Origin: Chiloscyllium plagiosum
Taxonomy: Eukaryota
DNA length: 64,000 bases
NCBI RefSeq assembly: GCF_004010195.1
Contig: NC_057718.1
Location: forward strand, 72,142,071-72,206,070
Reading direction: 5' to 3'
Both the position numbers and the translations under genes were made by a program. Below, piece after piece: positions 13,095 to 25,956 of this stretch. The notes beneath the pieces were generated by a model. It was not told where the DNA came from, did not search any database, and worked only from the letters and a program-made list of their open reading frames with translations. How positions within the stretch are numbered: position 1 is the stretch's first letter; every line of letters starts with the position of its first letter.

Positions 13095-16000
13095 TCATAG
13101 AGTCATAGATATGTACACCATGGAAACAGACCCTTCGGTCCAAACTGTCCATGCCGACCAGATATCCAAACCCAATATAGTCCCACTGGCAGCACCCGGC
13201 CCATATCCCTCCAAATCCTTCCTATTCATATACCCATCCAAATTAATCTTAAATATTGCAATTGTACCAGCCTCCACCACTTCCTCTGGCAGCTCATTCC
13301 ATACATGTACCATCCTCTGGGTGAAAAAGTTGCCCCAAAGGTCTCTCTTATATCTTTCCCCTCTACCCTAAACCTATGCCTTCTAGTTCTGGACTCCCCA
13401 ACCCCATGGAAAAAACTTTGCCAATTTACCCTATCCATGCCCCTCATAATATTGTAAACCTCCAATAGGTCACCTCTGACCCTCCAAGGGAAACAGCCCC
13501 AGCCTGTTCAGTCTCTCCCTATAGCTCATATCCTCCAACCCTGTAAATCTTTTCTGAACCCTTTCAAGTTTCACAACATCTTTCCGTTAGGAAGACCAGG
13601 ATTGCATGCAATATTCCAACAGTGACCTAACCAATGTCCTGTACAGCCACAACATGACCTCCCAACTCATGTCCTCAATACTCTGACCAATAAAGGAAAG
13701 CATACCAAACGCCTTCTTCACTATCCTATCTACCTGGGACTCCACTTTCAAGGAGCTATGAACCTGCAGTCCAAGGTCTCTTTGTTCAGCAACACTCCCT
13801 AGGACCTTACCATTAAGTGTATAAGTCCTGCTTAGATTTGCTTTCCCAAAATGCAGCACCTCTCATTTATCTGAATTAAACTCCATCTGCCACTTCTCAG
13901 CCCATTGGCCCATCTGGTCAAGATCCTGTTGTAATCTGAGGTAACCCTCTTCGCTATCCACTATGCCTCCAATTTTGGTGTCATCTGCAAACTTACTGTG
14001 CTTGTATCCAAATCATTTATGTAAATGACAAAAAGTAGAGGACCCAGCACGGATCCTTATGGCACTCTGCTAATCCAGTCTGAAAAGCAACCCTCCACCA
14101 CCACCCTCTGTCTTCTACCTTTGAGCCAGTTCTGTATCCAAATGGCTAGTTCTCCCTGTATTCCCTGATATCTAACCTTGCTAATCAGTCTCCCATGGGG
14201 AACCTTGTCGAATGCCTTACTGAAGGCCATATAGATCACATCTACCACTCTGCCTTCATTAATCCTCTTTGTTACTTCCTCAAAAAACTCAATCAAATTT
14301 GTGAGACATGATTTCCCATGCACAAAGCCATATTGACTGTCCCTAAACAGTCCTTGCCTTTCCAAATACATGTACATCCTGTTCCTCAGGATTCCCTCCA
14401 GCAACCTGCGCACCACCGACGTCAGGCTCACTGGTCTGTAGTTCTCTGGCTTGTCCTTACCACCCTTCATAAACAGTGGCATCACGTTAGCCAACCTCCA
14501 GTCTTCCGGCACCTCACCTGTGACTATCGATGATACAAATATCTCAGCAAGAGGCCCAGCAATCACTTCTCTAGCTTCTCAGAGTTCTAGGGTACGCCTG
14601 ATCAGGTCCTGGAGATTTATCCACCTTTACCCATTTCAAGACATCCAGCACTTAATCCTCTGTAATATGGACATTTTGCAAGATGTCACCATCTATTTCC
14701 CTACCGTCTATATCTTCTATATCCTTTTGCACAGTAAATACTGATGCAAAACCTATTTAGTATCTCCCCCATTTTCAACGGCTTCACACATTGCTGATAT
14801 TTGGGTGGCCCTATTCTCTCCCTAGTTACCCTTTTGTCCTTTGTGGATTTGTAAAAACTCTTAGAATTAAGGAGAATCCAATTTGCCAAAGCTATCTCAT
14901 GTCCCCTTTTTGCCCCCCTGATTTCCCTCTTAACTATACTACTTCCTTTATACTCTTCGAAGGATTCACTCAATCTGTCCTGTCTATGCCTAAAATATGC
15001 TTCCTTTTTCTTAACCAAACCCTCAATTTCTTTAGTCATCCAACATTCCCTATACCTCCCAGCCTTTCCTTTCACCCTAACAGGAATACACTTTCTCTGG
15101 ATTCTCGTTATCTCATTTCTGAAGACTTCCCATTTTCCAGCCGTCCCTTTACCTGCAAACATCTGCCTCCAATCAGCTTTTGAAAGTTCTTGCCCAATAC
15201 CATCAAAATTGGACATTCTCCAAATTAGAATTTCAACTTTTAGATCTGGTCTACCCTTTTCCATCATTATTTTAAATCTAATAGAATTATGGTCGCTGGC
15301 CCCAAAGTGCTCCCCCACTGACACCTGAGTCACCTTCCCTGCCTTATTTCCCAAGAGTAGGTCAAGTTTTGAACCTTCTCTTGTAGTTACATCCACATAC
15401 TGAATCAGAAAATTGCCTGGTACACACTTAAGAAATTCCTCTCCATCTAAACCCTTAACACTATGGTAGTCCCAGTCGATGTTTGGCAAGTTAAAATCCC
15501 CTACCATAACCATCCTATTATTCTTACAGATAGCTGAGATCTCCTTACAAGTTTGTTTCTCAGTTTCTCTCTGATTATTAGGAGGTCTCTAATACAATCC
15601 CAATAAGGTGATCATCCCTTTGTTCTTTCTCAGTTCCACCCAAATAACTTCCCTTGATGTATTTTCAGGAATATCCTCCCTCAGCACAGCTGTAATGCTA
15701 TCCCTTATCAAAAATTCCACTCCCGCTCCTCTCTTACCTCCCTTTCTATCCTTCCTGTAGCATTTGTATCCTGGAACATTAAGCTGCCAGTCCTACCCAT
15801 CCCTGAGCCATGTTTCTGTAATTGCTATGATATCCAGTCCCATGTTCCTAACCATGCCCTGAGTTCATCTGCCTTCCCTGTTAGGCCCCTTGCATTGCAA
15901 TAAATGCAGTTTAATTTATTAGTCCTACCTTATCCCTGCCTGCCCTGACTGTGTGTTTTGACTCTCTTCTATTCTCAACTGTACCAGTCTCAGATTGATC

Positions 16001-17490
16001 TCTTTCCTATCTCCCTGGGTCTCCCCCCACCCCCACCCCACCTTACTAGTTTAAATCTTCCCAAGTAGCTCTAGCAAATTTCCCTGCCAGTATATTAGTC
16101 CCCTTCCAATTTAGGTGCAATCTGTACAGGTCACTTCTACCCCAAAAGAGATTCTAATGATCCAAAAATGTGAATCCTTCTCCCATACACCAGCTCCTCA
16201 GTCATGCTCTATCCTCCTATTCCTGCCCTCATTAGGTTGTAGCACCGGGAGAAATCCACATATTACTACTCTCAAGGACCTCGTTTTTAAATTTCTAAAA
16301 TCTCCCTTCAGAATCTCAACCTTTTCCCTTCCTATGTCATTGGTCCCAGTGTAGACAATGACCTCTTGCTGGCCCCTCTTCCCCCGTGAGAACATTCTGC
16401 ACCCTCTCTGAGACATCCTTGATCCTGAAACCAGGCACACAATACAACATTTTGCTTTTTCGCTGCTCACCACAGAAATGTCTGTCTGTATCTTGGACTA
16501 GAGAATCTCCTAACACAATTGATCTCTTGCATTAGAGCCAGTCTCAATACCAGAAACTTGGCTGTTCGTGCTACGTTCCCCTGAGAATCCATCATCCCCC
16601 TACATTTTCCAAAACAGCATACATGTTTGAAATAGGTATATCCACAAAAGACTCCTGCACTAGCTGCCTACCTCTTACCTTTCCTGGAGTTAACCCATCT
16701 ATATGACTGTATCTGAGACTTCTCCCTCCCCCTTCGTATAACTGCCATCCATCACATACTGTTGCTGTTGCAAATTCCTCATTGTTTCTAACTATCTCTC
16801 CAATTGATCCATTCGATATGATCAGATTCACAGCTAACAGCATTTATGGCAGATATAATCTGCAGTAACCCTTAAACTCTCTTTAAACACCCATATCTGA
16901 CAAGAAGTACATATCACTCTATTAAAGGCCATTTTTGCTCCTTTACAATCTACAGACCCAGAAAATAACACCGTCTTATTCCTCTACAAGCACTGCCCCA
17001 GGTTAAATTAATAGGTATGGCTTATATTTTAAGTTTAATCAAGAACGTATCTCCAAAAATATATAATCAATAAAGAACCCACTCTACTCACTACTGAAAA
17101 ATTTCTGTAGGCCACACTTAAAACAACGATGAACTTATCTGATTTTGTGCTGTGAACTTCACCCAATAGTTCCTTCAAAATCAGTTGCGAATTTCACTGT
17201 TTGCTAATTTTCCCAGATGCACTCCACTATCCAGCAATACATGAATTCAAACAGCAAAGGCAGTAAATGTGCAGGTTCTCTCTCTCTTCCTGCACTGACC
17301 TCACCATGTGCTTCCTTTGTTTGTTCTTCTCCCTTTTAAAACTGCTGTTGTTTTGACTTTTTTTTCCAAAGTTCCAAAACAATGCATCAGCATATAAAAC
17401 AGTAATTGCTGCTCCTGGAATTCGAGGAAATCACCTCCAGCACCTCAAAAAAGGAGCATCTGTTACAGCCAGAAATTGTTCCCATCCTAC
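13095..17490 (-). mobile_element. Near full-length CR1 LINE (ORF1 Zn-finger plus SGNH esterase; ORF2 APE plus RT), disrupted
   Basis: ORF1 CTSC...CHKC and GTND motifs (16200-16910); ORF2 GDFN, SDH, NYRPVSLTS, SQYGF, FSKAFDKV, FADD; CTATGACTCTATGAC-type 3' tail at ~13095. Confidence 0.92.
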
Positions 17491-18497
17491 CAGTTTAAAA
17501 AATAAACCCATAAGGGAGAAGACAACTTTTTACAAAAAAGTAGAATACATGAAGTCAGTGTTGGTGGGTAGATGCATGTGGTAAAACAGAATAGGCAGGA
17601 TTGTTAAAAGTGGTGAAGGAAAGCACAGTTGAAGCAAGAGAGCTACAGAAGAATGTACAGCCTGGTCAGGGGTTGCTTGTAAAGAAAGTGCCAGGTCTCT
17701 TTAACAAATTTACCTACTCTTCCTAGTAAACAAGTAAACCTTACCCACACAAGTAAAGAAATTAAGATTTAATCAAGGATACTGGCAGGTACTTTTATCC
17801 AAAGAAAATTTCAGCTTTCACGACACCAAAGAGGACTTTATTAGTTTTTAAAAGTCGTGCCATTTGGCTATGAACATGCAAGAATCATTTAGAGCATCCA
17901 GGGGAATTTTTCAAACCACTTCAGGAGGCAGGTTTGGTGGTAAACCTGGTTAAGTGTGAGTTCACAGAAGCACAACTCACTTCCTAGGCCATCTCATCAG
18001 ACATTGGACAGATGGCCCCATTGATGCGATAACAAAGTTTATTGGGTAGATTTCTATATTAAGAGGGAAGTACTGCAATTCATGGAACTGACTGGTCTTA
18101 TCAGATTTTAGCAGTGTGGTTGCTCCACTGACTTGAGGTGCACAAAATTTCAGTGGATGGATGAGTGTCATAAGGTAATTGACAGCCTGAGAGCAGTGTT
18201 AACCACTTCCCTGTTGTTAGAACATCCAATTACGCAAAGGCATTCAAGGTGGCTATTGATGGGGGTGTCAGAACTGTACTCTTGCAAGAAGACGATGAGA
18301 GTAGACAGAAACTGATTTGGATATTTATCCAGAAAGTTTTTAATGTTCTTCAAAAGAAATATTTCACAATTGAGAAAGAGGCCATGAGCTTGATGTTTTT
18401 GCAACATTTATGTTGCTGATAACATATGCAAGACTATTATATACTCATCATTAACACCTTAACAATTTGAAAAATGTTAAGAGTAAAAATACCAGAC

Positions 18498-18779
18498 TAG
18501 ATTAGATTACATTACAGTGTGGAAACAGGCCCTTCAGCCCAACAAGTCCACAATGACCCGAAGCGCAACCCACCCATACATTTACCCCTTACCTAACACT
18601 ACGGGCAATTTAGCATAGCCAATTCACCTGACCTGCACATCTTTGGACTGTGGGAGGAAACCCACACAGACATTGGGAGAACGTGCAAACTCCACACAGT
18701 CACCTGAGGCGGGAACTGAACCCGGGTCTCCGGCGCTGTGAGGCAGCAGTGCTAACCACTGTACCACCGTGCTGCCCAC
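18498..18779 (-). mobile_element. tRNA-derived SINE (HE1/V-SINE-like)
   Basis: A/B-box-like head, family core GTGTGGAGTTTGCACGTTCTCC, (ATCTA)n tail. Confidence 0.85.
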
Positions 18780-18920
18780 TATTTAGATGGGAATCTACAG
18801 TTAGTCATTCAATTTGAAAATTTATACACCTGGTAGGATAAGAAAGTGTAATTACCAACACTTCATCATGAGTTTGATTAAAGACAGGTTTGGTGATGGA
18901 AGAAATGGACTCCTCTACTA

Positions 18921-19010
18921 TTCCTGATGAAGGGCTTTTGCCCGAAATGTCGATTTTTTCCTGCTCCTCGGATGCTGCCTGACCAGCTGTGCTTTTCCAG
19001 CACCACTCTA
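18921..19010 (+). mobile_element. Hammerhead-bearing PLE-type mini element
   Basis: CTGATGA-A-GGGC-TTTT-GCCC-GAAA-TGTC followed by the shared GGATGCTGCCTGAC...TTTTCCAGCA tail. Confidence 0.7.
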
Positions 19011-19608
19011 AACATGACTTTATTCTTAAATGTTTATTTGTTTAGAGTTAATAGAATGCATATATAATATGGAGTACTAATAATGTGAAACTACAGGCTT
19101 TAAAAAATGAAGCCATCATTGTACATTTGATGGTTAATTCTTTTTAAGGGACAAGTGTGATAGTACTGTGCCTTTTGAGATGTTCAGTCCTGATTCTCAT
19201 GTGTCACTGTGGTGAAGAAATGTCTCCTTCACAGACAGTTGGTAAACAGGTTTTGAAGTATGAGACAAAAGAATTGTGAACAGGCTAGACTCTCTCAGAC
19301 CCAGGAAGGCTTTTAAGTTTTACTTTGTTAGTTTTAAACCAATAGAAACCTTTAAGTTCCCAGCTGCTAGAGTGAAGTCTGAGACAGTGAGACTTTCTGC
19401 TAGAAACAATCTGCTCCTTGTGATTTTTTTTCTTCCAGACTGAAGAGAGCACATTGAGAATCATAACTGTTTTGCTGAATTGCATGTTTTTGCCAAAAGG
19501 GTGTGTTTAAATAAATAAATATGGTCGAGGCCATCTCCTTACAATACCTTTTTGTGGGGGTGATTGGGTTGGGTGGTGGTGTCTGGCCCGTAACAACAAA
19601 CCATTAGT

Positions 19609-20218
19609 GGGCGACATGATGGCACAGTGGTTAGCACTGCTGCCTCACAGCGCCAGATACCCGGGTTCAATTCCCACCTCAGGCGACTGACTGTGTGGAG
19701 TTTGCACGTTCTCCCCGTGTCTGCGTGGGTTTCCTCCGGGTGCTCCGGTTTCCTCCCACAGTNNNNNNNNNNNNNNNNNNNNNNNNNNNNNNNNNNNNNN
19801 NNNNNNNNNNNNNNNNNNNNNNNNNNNNNNNNNNNNNNNNNNNNNNNNNNNNNNNNNNNNNNNNNNNNNNNNNNNNNNNNNNNNNNNNNNNNNNNNNNNN
19901 NNNNNNNNNNNNNNNNNNNNNNNNNNNNNNNNNNNNNNNNNNNNNNNNNNNNNNNNNNNNNNNNNNNNNNNNNNNNNNNNNNNNNNNNNNNNNNNNNNNN
20001 NNNNNNNNNNNNNNNNNNNNNNNNNNNNNNNNNNNNNNNNNNNNNNNNNNNNNNNNNNNNNNNNAGGTGAATTGGCCATGCTAAATTGCCCGTAGTGTTA
20101 GGTAAGGGGTAAATGTAGGGGTATGGGTGGGTTGCGCTTCGGCGGGGCGGTGTGGACTTGTTGGGCCGAAGGGCCTGTTTCCACACTGTAAGCAATCTAA
20201 TCTAAAAAAAAAAAAAAA
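19609..20218 (+). mobile_element. tRNA-derived SINE (HE1/V-SINE-like) spanning an assembly gap
   Basis: Head 19609-19762 and tail 20065-20218 match the complete copy at 30650-30968. Confidence 0.85.
19763..20064. other. Assembly gap (302 N)
   Basis: Run of N. Confidence 1.
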
Positions 20219-20246
20219 TTTAGGATCTGTTTTCATTTACAAATGA

Positions 20247-20640
20247 TGTGGAGATGCTGGTGTTGGACTGGGGTGGACAAAGTTAAAAATCCCACAACAC
20301 CAGGTAATAGTCCAACAGGTTTATCTGGAAGTACAAGCTTTCAGAGCACTGCTCCTTTAAATTCTGTGTCCTAGTACCTGATATAGTAACAGATTAAAGT
20401 GTCATGCAACTGATGCAAAGTACTGAACAAACCTACATTTGTATTAATCACTTAAAATGGCTGTGTGATTAATATGTAAATTCCAGAACATTTTTCAAGT
20501 CACAGTCCCAAGATAACTTAAGTTTTTTAATATAAAACCTTATCAGCTCAGATAATACATTAATAGTGTGAGTCTGTCTGCATCCCAATCTTGAGTCAGA
20601 CTGATTTTATTTCCAAAGTAGGAGTACCATGCAAGTTGAA
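20247..20640 (-). mobile_element. Degenerate PLE terminal-repeat fragment
   Basis: 20247-20357 is reverse-complement similar to 39985-40095 (hammerhead region and tail). Confidence 0.6.
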
Positions 20641-21425
20641 CTTTCAAAATGTCCTGTGCAAAACAAGGATTAATTTACACATCAAGTATAGTGTCTCAAG
20701 CCAAACAGAAACAAAAATTAGACTCACTGGAAAGCACTAAAAAAATTGTGCACTGCTCAAGTCGGAAGATTTTTTGAGTGAAATGGAAGATTTTAATTTT
20801 ATTTAATAAATCCAGTTTGTTCGACAATAAACCTTGGCTTTCCAAATTAACATCTGTTTTCAAAACAATCACTTTCTGCTCATCATATAACACCTAACAA
20901 AAAAACATCAAATGTACCAAACATATTAAATTTGATGGCAGAATTCAGGCTTTCCTTCCCTTTGCATTCTAATTTACCAATGAAGACCATACACAGGGGC
21001 CATCAATCTATATTATGCATTGAACTTTCAGAAGAATATATGTTCCTAGACACAAATTAGTCGGATATCAAAAACAAAAACAGTTCATTCACTAAATGAC
21101 TCTTATTCTTTAGATACCGAACTTCAGTTGACTTCAAATGGTTTTTGCATCGACCTTGCCTCAAACTTCAATGAATAACAAATTCCCACAAAACAACCGT
21201 TACAGCAATGTACATGTGCCATCTAGAGCTTAGTCCACTAGACAATTTCACACTTCATATAAAAGTGGCAAGCAAAATGTTAATACCATGATGTACTGGC
21301 ACAACAGATCAAATCATCTCTCTTTTTACTGTAAAATTCATTGAAATTCTAGAAGTATCACATACATTTTGTTGTAAATTCTCAAATTGTTTCAATGTGA
21401 TTTTTTTTGTTTAAAGTTGTAAATC

Positions 21426-21431
21426 TTTATT
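21426..21431 (-). terminator. Candidate GTF2H5 polyadenylation signal (AATAAA)
   Basis: Minus-strand AATAAA about 1.2 kb downstream of the stop in repeat-free sequence; an alternative lies at 20798-20803. Confidence 0.35.
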
Positions 21432-22611
21432 CTTATCATTAGCATTCAATAAGGTTTCCCAATTGTATGAGACTGAATTATTTTTTTCAAAATGGTACAA
21501 TCCAAGCAGACTGAAATTTATCAGAAGTGGAAGGTTGATTTACAAGAATAGGTTGAAATATATATTTTGGTGCAAAGGAATTGTATATATCTGGTCAACT
21601 TATGTGCAACAATTTAAAGTAAAACTCATGAAGCGAAAGCTAAGTTCAATAGCTGCTTGGTAAGGGTCCAAATATGTTCTTTAATACATATGAATTGCCT
21701 TGGAGGGTTTTCTTGGATTTTGCTGTGAAAAGCTTGCACAGCTTTAACATTTACGGCTTTATAAAAGTCACTTACTCTACAATACACAGATTAAGAAAAA
21801 TACGTGTTCTTGCAATTATAATCTATCCTTAGGACTGTTCATTTTATCAATTTACTAAGAGCCACTTCTTATAAAAATAGGACTAATGGAATGTTCAATA
21901 AATGAAGACAGATAATCTAAAAGTGAGCTAGCAATAAATGTAGAGAAAGTTAAGGCAATAGCTCTTGAAGTACCTACCTGGGTTCCAATCTGTTTATAAT
22001 ACTAAAATAACTTAACATAAAAGGTACTCTTATGAAAATGAGAATTAATTACAATGTAAGGGACCCAAATACCTTCAAACATGGGCTAGGGATGTTTTGC
22101 AAATTGCAAATTAATGTGTATTTGAGAACATCAACAAGAGGTGGCCTCAACCAAGGTAAACAAGGAAAAGGATGAGTGTCATTTATGCTCATTCATTGAA
22201 AAGTATGCAGTGGTGGTGGGATGTAGAGACAAATGAATATTTTGGAGATTTGTTTGAATAATATGGGAATAACAATAGCTTAATGAGCACAAGTCTTCAG
22301 CAAAGTCATGCATAATATGTTGAAGTAGCAACAGAGTGTCCCCAAATGGGCTTTCCACTTTCCATTGCATGTGAGAGCATCTCTGGACTCACTTGGAGTA
22401 AAAGGCACATTAATCGTAGATCAACCTTTTAGGTCCAGTAAAAACTATCCAGTTCTTAAAAATACTTTTAAATACCAAAACAATTTTTAGCAGAAACTTT
22501 TTGTACAGCATTTTGCTCGGTTACACTCCTATTTTAACATTAGATTAACTGATAACCAGCTGTTACAAAAGAAAAAAGGAGTCTGAGCCATTTCAATAAC
22601 TCCTGACCAAT

Positions 22612-22792
22612 TTACTTCTGCATTAATGGAAATGAGTTTTGATCCATTAAGTCTCCAACTTTTTCTTGTAAGACATGGACCACCTCAGCCAGGACAAATA
22701 GATGAATTTCATCCAGGTCTTGAATTACAAATTTTTTCCCCAAAGCATTTGTATCATCCAAGTACAGCAAGAATTGTTTCATGGCTGGGTCA
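22612..22792 (-). CDS. GTF2H5: GTF2H5 (TFIIH subunit p8/TTDA/Tfb5), last coding exon
   Basis: Acceptor ATTTATAG|T at 22793/22792; encodes (C)[59 protein letters not shown]. With the 35-nt exon this gives 216 nt (71 aa), closely matching vertebrate GTF2H5. Confidence 0.97.
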
Positions 22793-22998
22793 CTATAAAT
22801 ACAAAAATTGTGAGAAATTAGATCAATATTAACAAAGTCCATTCTCAGTATGCCACAACTACCCATGTTTATTAATACATAAAAGATACGGCAACCTTAA
22901 AACAAATGATATTTCTCTGGAAAATATGCAAGTTAAACACAGACACAAATATTACATAAGCTGGTTTCCGGTCAGAGCAAAGAACAATGAAAGCCCTT

Positions 22999-23312
22999 AG
23001 GGCAGCACAATGTGGTTAGCAGTGCTGCCTAGCAGCGTCGGGGACCCGGGTTCTATTCCAGCCTCAGGCATCTGTCTGTGTGAAGTTTGCACATTCTCTG
23101 GTGTCTACGTGAGTTTCCTCACACAATCTTGTGCAGGTTAGGTGAATTGCTAAGTTGCCCATAGTGTTCAGGGATGTGGAAATTAGGTGCATTAGTCAGG
23201 GGTAAATGTAGAGTAAAAGGGTCGGGGAACGGGTTTGGGTGGGGTGCTTTTCGGAGGGTCAGTGTGAAATTGTTGGGCCAAAGGACCTGTTTCCACACTG
23301 TAGGGATTCTGT
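22999..23312 (+). mobile_element. tRNA-derived SINE (HE1/V-SINE-like), older copy in GTF2H5 intron
   Basis: Similar to the other SINE copies. Confidence 0.8.
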
Positions 23313-23908
23313 GATTTGCCATTACTAAAGACTAAAACTCATTGCTTTTCTCAATGAGGAAGAATATTACCAACTGCAATGAAACCCAGAAGTACTAAAG
23401 AAACTCAGCAAGTCTGACAGATATTGGGGATAGTAAAAGAGTTCACATTTCACCTGTAATATGACTCTTCTTCAGACTGTCCAATTGTTCTACACCCAAC
23501 TCCACATCAGAATGTGGGTTCCCTGCTGCTGCTTTGAAGTGAAACCTGAACAGACTCCATTCAACATTCCTCTCCTTCACCAAGCTTAGCTTGTTCTCTC
23601 ATTGAACAACTTCTTGAGTAATTTATTTCATTTCTTCCAAGTAAATGGTATGACTACGAGTATTTGTATGCACTCCAGCTATGCCTGGATTTGTGTGAAA
23701 TACACCTTGCTCCAGTTCTACTCAGCCTCCACAAACCCTCCACCTCCAAGTCTTCTCCAGAAATTAAATCTCTTCAAGTTTGCTTCTCATTTCTTCATTT
23801 GCTCACAGGGTCCATCTCTGACTCTTCTCTTCAAAGAGAAATAAACTGTACAGCAGAAAAAGAGGCCCTTCAGGCCACCAAAACTACACCAACACATACA
23901 GTCATTGA

Positions 23909-24150
23909 GGGGAAGGTGAGGACTGCAGATGCTGGAGATCAGAGTGTGGTGCTGGAAAAGCGCAGCCAGTCAAGCAGCATCCAAGGAGCAGGAGAATCAA
24001 CATTTCAGGCATAAGCTCTTCATCAGGAATGAGACTTGTGGGCCAAGGGGGCTGAGAGATAAATGCGAGAGGGAGGGGATGAGGCTGGAGGGTGGGGGGG
24101 GGGGGGGGGAAGGTAGCTGGGAATGTGATAAGTAGATGAAGGTAGGGGTG
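23909..24150 (-). mobile_element. PLE terminal repeat with degenerate hammerhead
   Basis: Reverse complement CTGATGAAGAGCTTATGCCTGAAATGTTGA plus the shared tail. Confidence 0.65.
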
Positions 24151-24154
24151 AATT

Positions 24155-25300
24155 CCTTGGTGAATACCTATGCAAAGTACTCTTTAAGAATTTCACCCAT
24201 TTTCTCTGACATCATGCACAACTTTTCTTCTTTTTCCTTGTGTGGGCCAAACATGTCTCTAGTTACTCTGTTGCTCCTGATATATGAGTAAAAGGCTTTG
24301 TGATTTTAGATTAGATTAGATTAGATTAGATTAGATTAGATTAGATTAGATTCTAAACAGCATGGAAACAGGCCCTTCAGCCCAACAAGTCCACACCGAC
24401 CCTCCGAAGATTAACCCATTTCCCTTTGACTAGTGCACCTAATGTTATGGGCAATTTAGCACGGCCAATCCACCAGACCTGCACATCTTTGGACTGTGGG
24501 AGGAGACCCACGCAGACACGGGGAGAATGTGCAAACTCCACACAGTCACCCGAGGCTGGAATCGAACCCGGGTCCCTGGCGCTGAGAGACTGTAGTGCTA
24601 ACCACTGAACCACCATGCCGCCCACATTTTCCTTAACCCTGTTTGCTAAAGATATTTCATGAATCCTTTTAGCTCTCTCATTTCCTCGTTTCAGATTGGT
24701 CCTACGTTACCAATATTCTTCCAAAGCTTTGTCTGTCTTCAGTCACCTAGACCTTATGTATGCTTCCTTTTACTTGTAGCTAGTCTCATAATTCCATCTG
24801 CCAATCATGGTTCCTTAATCTTGCCATTTCTATCCCTCACTTTCACAGTCTCTCCTGCACTATAATCAACCTCTCTTTAAAAGTCTCCCACATATCAAAT
24901 ATGGATTTACCTACAAACAGCTGCTCCCAATCTACATTTCCCAGGTCCTGTCGAATTGTTGTATAATTGGCCTTCCCCAATTTAGCACTCTTCCTTGAGA
25001 ACCACTCTCATACTTGACCATGCCTATTCTAAAACTTATGGAATTGTGATCATATTCCAAAGTAATCCCCTATTGAAACTTAAACCACCTGGCCAGGCTC
25101 ATTCCCCAGCACCAGGTCCAGTATGGCCCCTTCCCGAGTTGAACTATTTCCATACTGCTCTAGAAAACCCTCCTGGATGCTCCTTACAAATTGTATTCCA
25201 TCTAGACGTCTAAAACTAAGTGAATCCCAGTTAGTGTTGGGAAAAGTAAAATCTCCTATAATCACCACCCCGTTGCTCCGACATCTTTCCTTAATCAGTC
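24155..25300 (-). mobile_element. Decayed CR1 endonuclease-region fragment interrupted by a SINE
   Basis: ORF 25080-25268 VIIGDFTFP...TREGAILDLVLGN. Confidence 0.75.
24308..24625 (-). mobile_element. tRNA-derived SINE with long (ATCTA)n tail
   Basis: (AGATT)n at 24308-24352 and SINE body similar to the other copies. Confidence 0.85.
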
Positions 25301-25800
25301 CACTTTTGGATGAATATTTGGTCCAATGAGAAGTTATGGAGAAAATTTACTGGAATGTGTCGAGGGAAGGGGGATTTAAGCTCCCAAGTTAGTTGAGGGA
25401 AGCTGATCTAGTTCTCCTTGAATCAAACGAGATTGAGAAATTATTTAATAACAGTATCATAAGATTATGCCAATGCAGACAAAGTAAAGCTGTCTCATTA
25501 ATTGATTGTTCCCTGGTAGTTGCACGAAGAGCCAAGAATCTGGGCAAAAGATAACGGGTATGAGGAATGAGAATTCCTTGTTTAAAATGCAATGGGTGAT
25601 AATGACCCGGAGATCAATGTACATAGAGGTGACAGAAGTATAAAGTAGATTTCAAATGGAAGCTGAACAGGCACTTGAAAAAGGCAACCATGTAAGGTTC
25701 AGGATAAAGGGGATAAATAAGTCTGACTGGGTTGCTCTACAGAGATGCACCACAGCTTCAACAGGCCAAACAAACAAACAATCTGCAACCGTACTATATA

Positions 25801-25956
25801 CAGGGGAACCTTGATTACCCAAATATCGCTTATCCGAATTTCGGATTATCCAAACAAGATCGCAAGGTCCCGATGCTTGGCTAAACTGTGTTATCCAAAA
25901 TTTAATTATCTGAACATCCAAAAAAAAACTCCCCATCCATGGTACAGGTTCCTCTG
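25801..25956. mobile_element. Tc1/mariner (pogo/Tigger-like) MITE
   Basis: TIRs CAGGGGAACCT / AGGTTCCTCTG (1 mismatch in 11), TA on both sides, internal TTATCCGAA-type repeats. Confidence 0.7.

Larger units (their letters stand above)
10131..19595 (+). mobile_element. Decayed Ty3/gypsy LTR retrotransposon, probably Gmr1-like, heavily interrupted
   Basis: Similar LTRs ~10131-10774 and 19156-19595; gag remnants (FVRFEKVAKQMKWP, YDLVPEAYRR, EFERIKQNSFDRW, LEEFKKSLP); RT/RNaseH remnants 17800-18870; purine tract before the 3' LTR. Confidence 0.75.

Noticed and set aside
19539..20195. Long ORFs crossing N runs (also 40832-41553)
   Set aside because: Artefacts of translating assembly gaps.
22793..22866. 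N-terminal 24 aa of the listed 84-aa ORF 22612..22866
   Set aside because: Intronic read-through; the true N-terminus MVNVLKGVLIEC is in the exon at 26555-26589 with canonical splice sites.
24308..24352. Regular short repeats as a CRISPR-like array
   Set aside because: A simple (AGATT)n SINE tail without spacers, in a eukaryotic context.
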